A stretch of 64,000 bases of DNA from Nitrososphaerota archaeon. Lineage in GTDB: Archaea > Thermoproteota > Nitrososphaeria_A > Caldarchaeales > Calditenuaceae. Where the stretch lies: assembly GCA_041641295.1 (NCBI GenBank), contig JBEPYO010000001.1, positions 928,001-992,000 on the forward strand. The letters are read 5' to 3'. Of the stretch, positions 59,504 to 64,000 are shown piece by piece. Each line of letters begins with the position of its first letter. Within the stretch, counting starts at the first letter, position 1. The notes beneath the pieces were generated by a model. It had not been told where the DNA came from. It searched no databases and saw nothing but the letters and a program-made list of their open reading frames with translations. A program made the translations under genes and the position numbers.

Positions 59504-60265
59504 CTATCTGAGCTCATATTCACCCTCACTGAGTGCTCTAGTGACGGCGCCGTGAAGCGCCCCCATCCCTTCCAGTGTTTTAGAAGACACCGCAATAACT
59601 GGAAATGTTCTGCCAATGTCGTGCAAGATATGAACAATATCGCGTGTTATAAGCATTTGCATGCCTTGGCTCCTAGACTCTATATCAACCTCGAGGGCTT
59701 CCTGTGAAGAGATCCACCTGCGGATCCGTCTAAGTATTCTCTTCGGGACTATGTCGATCTTCGATATCGCGATGATTGATTGGAGGTTGAGTGAGAGATA
59801 GACCGATGTTGCGAGGAATAGTGAGGAGGCGAACAACCTCGTCGTGTGGCTCGCGACTGGATCCATTAGATATATTATGATGCTTGGAACCTTCCTGAGT
59901 GCCTTAACAATAACTCTGCCCTCCTTCCTAAAGGCGAATAACTCTAGCTGACCGGGCGTGTCGATCAGCACATAGTCTACTGAGAGGTCCATGATCTCTG
60001 AGCAGAGCGTGTCAATCTCTCTCACGGCCTCTCTCACCGAGGCTATTAGTGCGGCGTTGGGGCCGAGGTTATACGTGAGCATCATTCGCTCGTAGTCGAC
60101 GTATTCTCTGATGTCTACTTCCGGCTCGTAGGGGAGGACTGTAGCGGCCGGGTCGAGGTTTACTGTTGCGACGCTCTGCTCATTCTGCTTCAGCCACTCC
60201 GCATAAGCCGCGGTTAGCGAGGATTTCCCAGACCCTGCTGTCCCGACAATATAGGCTATCCGCAA
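59504..60265 (-). CDS. GPN-loop GTPase
   Basis: GTAGSGKS, VNLDPA, LGPN, DTPGQLELF. Confidence 0.93.
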   Translation of the reverse strand: MRIAYIVGTAGSGKSSLTAAYAEWLKQNEQSVATVNLDPAATVLPYEPEVDIREYVDYERMMLTYNLGPNAALIASVREAVREIDTLCSEIMDLSVDYVLIDTPGQLELFAFRKEGRVIVKALRKVPSIIIYLMDPVASHTTRLFASSLFLATSVYLSLNLQSIIAISKIDIVPKRILRRIRRWISSQEALEVDIESRSQGMQMLITRDIVHILHDIGRTFPVIAVSSKTLEGMGALHGAVTRALSEGEYELR

Positions 60266-60319
60266 ACTCTAACCCAGCTGTCACCTAGTAGAATTTAACT
60301 ATGAGTGGGCTCGCCCCGG

Positions 60320-61891
60320 CTAGTAGGCCTCTATCGTGGCCGGGGGCTTGGAGGTTAGGGCATAGGCCACCATCACCACACCCCCCACCTCGTTTGTTAT
60401 TCGCCGCGAGATCCTGTCCATCAGCTCGCTTGGTATAGGATACCAGTCAGCTGTCATACCGTCCTCGCTCGTCACAGCCCTAACAATAACTATGTGGCCA
60501 ACGCTTCTGGCATCCCCCTTAACACCCACCCACTTCGAGTCAAGCACAACGGCGAACGCCTGCCAAACCGATCCGTACAGGCCTGCTCTACGGAACTCCT
60601 CCTCGACTATAGCGCCTGCTTCCCGGCAGATTCGAAGCTTCTCCTCAGTCACCTCCCCCTCAATCCTGACTGCTAGGCCGGGGCCGGGGAATGGGTGCCT
60701 CTCTATTACGGAGGCTGGCAGCCCTAGGGCCTTTGCGACCTCTCTGACCTCGTCCTTGTAGAGGTCCTTTAGCGGTTCTATGAGCTGTAGGCCGAGTCGC
60801 TCGGGTAGCCCGGCGACGTTGTGGTGGCTCTTTATGAGGCTTGTCAGTGCTCCGGTCGCCCCGCTCTCCACCCTGTCCGGATATATCGTCCCCTGTGCGA
60901 GATACTTTGCACCTCCTATACTGGATGCGGCCCTCTCGAAGACCTCTATAAAGAGCCTCCCTATAATCCGCCTCTTCTCCTCGGGGTCTTTTACTCCTCG
61001 AAGGGCCATTAGAAATTCCTTGCTCGCATCGATGAAGTGCACATTCTTGATATTAAGCTGCTTCAGACTCTCAAGCACAAGCTCCCTCTCTCCCTTTCTG
61101 AGAAGCCCATGATCTATGAATATCACGTGAAGTCTGTCGCCTATTGCCCTCTGGATTATTGCCGCGGTTGTCATGGAGTCTACTCCTCCGCTGACACCGC
61201 AGATGACCTTCTCATTCTCTCCAACAGTCTCGGCGACGCTCTTCACCACCTCGTCCAGAATGTCTATTGGCCGCCAATCGCATCTACAGCCGGCCACATT
61301 CTTGAGGAAGTTTTCAAGAATCCGCCTACCAAGCGGTGTATGCTTTACCTCTACGTGAAACTGCACCGAGTATAGCCTCTTCTCCGCATTCTCCATGGCC
61401 GCGATGAGGCTGTCCTCAGAGACTGCCGTCACTTTGAAGGCCTTCGGCGGCTCTAGCACGGCGTCGCCGTGGCTCATCCACACCTCAATACGCCTGTTAA
61501 GAGATGCGAAGAGCGCCGAGTCCTCAACCACGTTAACTATCGCTCTCCCATACTCTGCCTTAGAGCCCCGCTCTACTTTGCCTCCAAACTCTTCTGCGAG
61601 GAGCTGGTGGCCATAGCATATGCCAAGTACGGGTATGCCCATTTCTAGCACTCTCTTGTCAGGGTGTGGCGCTCCCTCTTCGTAGACGCTCCTAGGTCCT
61701 CCCGACAATATCAGCGCCTTAACGTTACCATAGCGGCTTATCTCTTCGGGGGATATGTTGAAGGGCACTATCTCCGAGTAGACACCAACCTCCCTACACC
61801 TCCTAGCTATGAGGTGGGTGTATTGGCCTCCGAAGTCAAGGATAAGCACTTTCTCCCGGGCGGTCGCTCCTCCATCCCCTCTAGGTGTCAT
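60320..61891 (-). CDS. guaA: GMP synthase (fused GATase + synthase)
   Basis: LDFGGQY, GICYGHQ, SGGVDS, IKSHHNV, HPFPGPGL, KPPATIE. Confidence 0.97.
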   Translation of the reverse strand: MTPRGDGGATAREKVLILDFGGQYTHLIARRCREVGVYSEIVPFNISPEEISRYGNVKALILSGGPRSVYEEGAPHPDKRVLEMGIPVLGICYGHQLLAEEFGGKVERGSKAEYGRAIVNVVEDSALFASLNRRIEVWMSHGDAVLEPPKAFKVTAVSEDSLIAAMENAEKRLYSVQFHVEVKHTPLGRRILENFLKNVAGCRCDWRPIDILDEVVKSVAETVGENEKVICGVSGGVDSMTTAAIIQRAIGDRLHVIFIDHGLLRKGERELVLESLKQLNIKNVHFIDASKEFLMALRGVKDPEEKRRIIGRLFIEVFERAASSIGGAKYLAQGTIYPDRVESGATGALTSLIKSHHNVAGLPERLGLQLIEPLKDLYKDEVREVAKALGLPASVIERHPFPGPGLAVRIEGEVTEEKLRICREAGAIVEEEFRRAGLYGSVWQAFAVVLDSKWVGVKGDARSVGHIVIVRAVTSEDGMTADWYPIPSELMDRISRRITNEVGGVVMVAYALTSKPPATIEAY

Positions 61892-62056
61892 TCCCCTACA
61901 AGGGTTACGCGCAGTCTCCATGATAAAAATCGTCGGTTACCCGGGAGAAGAGGAGTGAGAAGGAGGCAGGCCTACAAGTCTGGGCTGCCTGCTGGGCTGG
62001 TTTATGGGGGTGGGGAGCTGCTTTAATACCGGTGTAGGGGTTTGTGTGTCGAGTCC

Positions 62057-62923
62057 ATGGGCATAGAGGAGCTCAAGGCAGTCCTCCCCCTCGCAGGCTT
62101 GGGAACAAGGATGCTTCCAGCCACTAAGGAGCAGCCGAAAGAGATGCTCCCAGTCTTTGCTAGAAGTGAGAATGGGTCCCTCTGTGTGAAGCCTATTGTG
62201 CAGCTGATCTTTGAGCAGCTCTTCGACGTGGGTATTCGGGAGTTCATACTCGTGGTTGGTAGGGGGAAGAGGGCGGTGGAGGACCACTTCACACCCGACC
62301 AGGGCTATCTCGAGTTTATTAGGAGGAGTAGGAACTCTCTGTTGAGGGACTTCGAGGAATTCTATAGGAGGATTAGCGAGTCCGTCCTAGTCTGGGTTAA
62401 CCAGCCCCAGCCCCTAGGATTTGGGCACGCGGTCCTGATCTGCGAGAAGACCGTGGGCGACTCGCCGTTCATCGTTCACGCTGGGGACACCTACCTAGTT
62501 AACGGCTCTCAGGCCATTGAGCGTATGTATAGACACTTCGAGACTGTAGGTGCTGAGGCTGTTCTTCTGCTGCAAGAGGTTGAGGACCCGAGACAGTACG
62601 GTGTCGCAGAGGTCTCCGAGATAGGAGGTCATTTACGGGTAACGCGGGTTGAGGAGAAGCCCAAAGAACCCCGCTCAAACCTGATGATTGTCCCCCTCTA
62701 CATCTTCCGGAGCTCGATATTCAGGGCCCTCAGGTCTATTGGACGCGGTGTTGGTGGCGAGCTTCAGCTAACTGATGGGATACAGCGCCTCATTGAGTGG
62801 GGGTACAGAGTTGACGCGATCAAGCTTGAGGATGGTCTGAAGATGGATATTGGCACGCCTCAACTCTATTGGGAGGCCCTCCAGCTCTCATACAGGCTCT
62901 CAACATCAGGGTCAACGCGATAA
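62057..62923 (+). CDS. galU: UTP-glucose-1-phosphate uridylyltransferase
   Basis: AGLGTRMLPATKEQPKEMLP, GFGHAV, EKP, ELQLTD. Confidence 0.88.
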   Translation: MGIEELKAVLPLAGLGTRMLPATKEQPKEMLPVFARSENGSLCVKPIVQLIFEQLFDVGIREFILVVGRGKRAVEDHFTPDQGYLEFIRRSRNSLLRDFEEFYRRISESVLVWVNQPQPLGFGHAVLICEKTVGDSPFIVHAGDTYLVNGSQAIERMYRHFETVGAEAVLLLQEVEDPRQYGVAEVSEIGGHLRVTRVEEKPKEPRSNLMIVPLYIFRSSIFRALRSIGRGVGGELQLTDGIQRLIEWGYRVDAIKLEDGLKMDIGTPQLYWEALQLSYRLSTSGSTR

Positions 62924-62987
62924 GACCACATCCGCCTCCCAGCAAACCCTAAAACTAACTAGAGGGAGCATATTCCGGAGTATTGGC

Positions 62988-64000
62988 ATGTTAGCAGGCG
63001 ATTTGGGCAGGGGGATCGGAGTCATAGGCGCCGGATACGTGGGCCTGACACTCAGCGTATTCCTAGCCTCGAAGGGTGTGAGAACAATATGCGTGGAGAA
63101 GGACGAGGTAAAGGCTGGGAAAATTATGAGGGGTGTGTCTCCGATACATGAGCAGGGCCTCCCCGAACTTCTTCAGCGCGTTGTAAGGGATGGCATGCTG
63201 GAGGCTCGAACCGAGGTTGGAGACATGCTGGAGAGGGTTGACACTGTCTTCATAACTGTTGGAACGCCTACTGGCAGCGACGGAGCTCCAGACCTCACAC
63301 AGGTCAAGGAAGCTTCAAGACAGGTAGGAGAAGCCATGTCAACCAGCAGGACCGCTACACCTCTCATAGTAGTTAAGAGTACTGTTCCGCCGGGGACGAC
63401 CTGGCATGTTGTGAGGCCAATCATCGAAGAGGCTAGCGGTAGAGCCTGCGGAGATGGATTCCACCTATGCGTAAACCCTGAGTTCCTGAGGGAGGGCTCT
63501 GCACTCCAAGACACCATGAATCCAGACAGAATCATTATAGGTGCAAAGCACAGCGAGGCGGCGGAAAGACTGAAAAAATTCTACGAAGCCCTCTACCACC
63601 CCTCAAAAATCCCAACCCTAGTCACAACACCAGCCAACGCCGAACTCATAAAACTCGCAACTAACGCATACCTAGCCCTCAAGATCAGCTTCATCAACCT
63701 GATCTCACAAATCTGCGAAGCAACCGAAGACGGAGACGTGGGCGTAGTGGCGGAGGGGTTGGGTCTCGACCCAAGGATTGGGCCCCTATTCCTGAGGGCG
63801 GGTCTGGGGTTTGGGGGGAGTTGTCTCCCGAAAGACCTCCGCGCCTTGAGATGGTTTGCAGCAAGCCGCGGTCTGGACACTTCTCTCTTCGATGCGATAA
63901 TCGGGATTAATCGGGCCCAGAGGCTCAGGGTTGTGGAAAAAGCTGAGTCGAAGCTGGGCGGCCTAGCGGGGAAGAGGGTTGCAGTACTGGGCTTGGCCTT
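62988..64000 (+). CDS. UDP-glucose/GDP-mannose dehydrogenase (runs off the window)
   Basis: Manual translation: GVIGAGYVGL, TVGTP, KSTVPPGT, NPEFLREG, AELIK..N, GFGGSCLPKD, VLGLA. Confidence 0.93.
   Translation, partial: MLAGDLGRGIGVIGAGYVGLTLSVFLASKGVRTICVEKDEVKAGKIMRGVSPIHEQGLPELLQRVVRDGMLEARTEVGDMLERVDTVFITVGTPTGSDGAPDLTQVKEASRQVGEAMSTSRTATPLIVVKSTVPPGTTWHVVRPIIEEASGRACGDGFHLCVNPEFLREGSALQDTMNPDRIIIGAKHSEAAERLKKFYEALYHPSKIPTLVTTPANAELIKLATNAYLALKISFINLISQICEATEDGDVGVVAEGLGLDPRIGPLFLRAGLGFGGSCLPKDLRALRWFAASRGLDTSLFDAIIGINRAQRLRVVEKAESKLGGLAGKRVAVLGLA

Noticed and set aside
5826-63880. Many antisense or alternate-frame ORFs of 60-180 aa
   Set aside because: Shadows of well-supported genes with Ser/Leu/Pro-rich translations and no motifs.
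1-64000. tRNA, rRNA, CRISPR, IS elements, inteins, Sec/Pyl read-through
   Set aside because: None seen by eye; a covariance-model scan is needed to exclude split or intron-containing tRNAs.

Overview
Gene-dense chromosomal window from a thermophilic TACK archaeon. Caldarchaeales ('Aigarchaeota') is my inference from the mix of eS25, a histone, DnaK/DnaJ, a Dph5-DUF357 fusion, FBP aldolase/phosphatase and an Smc5/6-like SMC. Most of it is housekeeping: serS, cysS, aIF2-alpha, aIF1, TFB, scattered r-proteins, lig, hmgA, guaA, nadE, uppS and folP. I saw no rRNA, tRNA, CRISPR array or intact transposase. Four elements are missing from the ORF track: a 58-aa short histone (28306-28482), a box C/D RNA just downstream whose two guides are complementary to each other (28541-28595), a stand-alone 44-aa Glu/Trp microprotein with its own promoter and terminator (43600-43734), and Nop10. 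Also present are a very AT-rich island encoding a Tat-exported orphan (about 1.96-4.36 kb), a truncated amino-acid dehydrogenase, a direct-repeat motif shared upstream of a PhoU regulator and tfb, and G/T-rich versus C/A-rich tracts that alternate along the window. Product calls come from motif recognition only; no searches were run.
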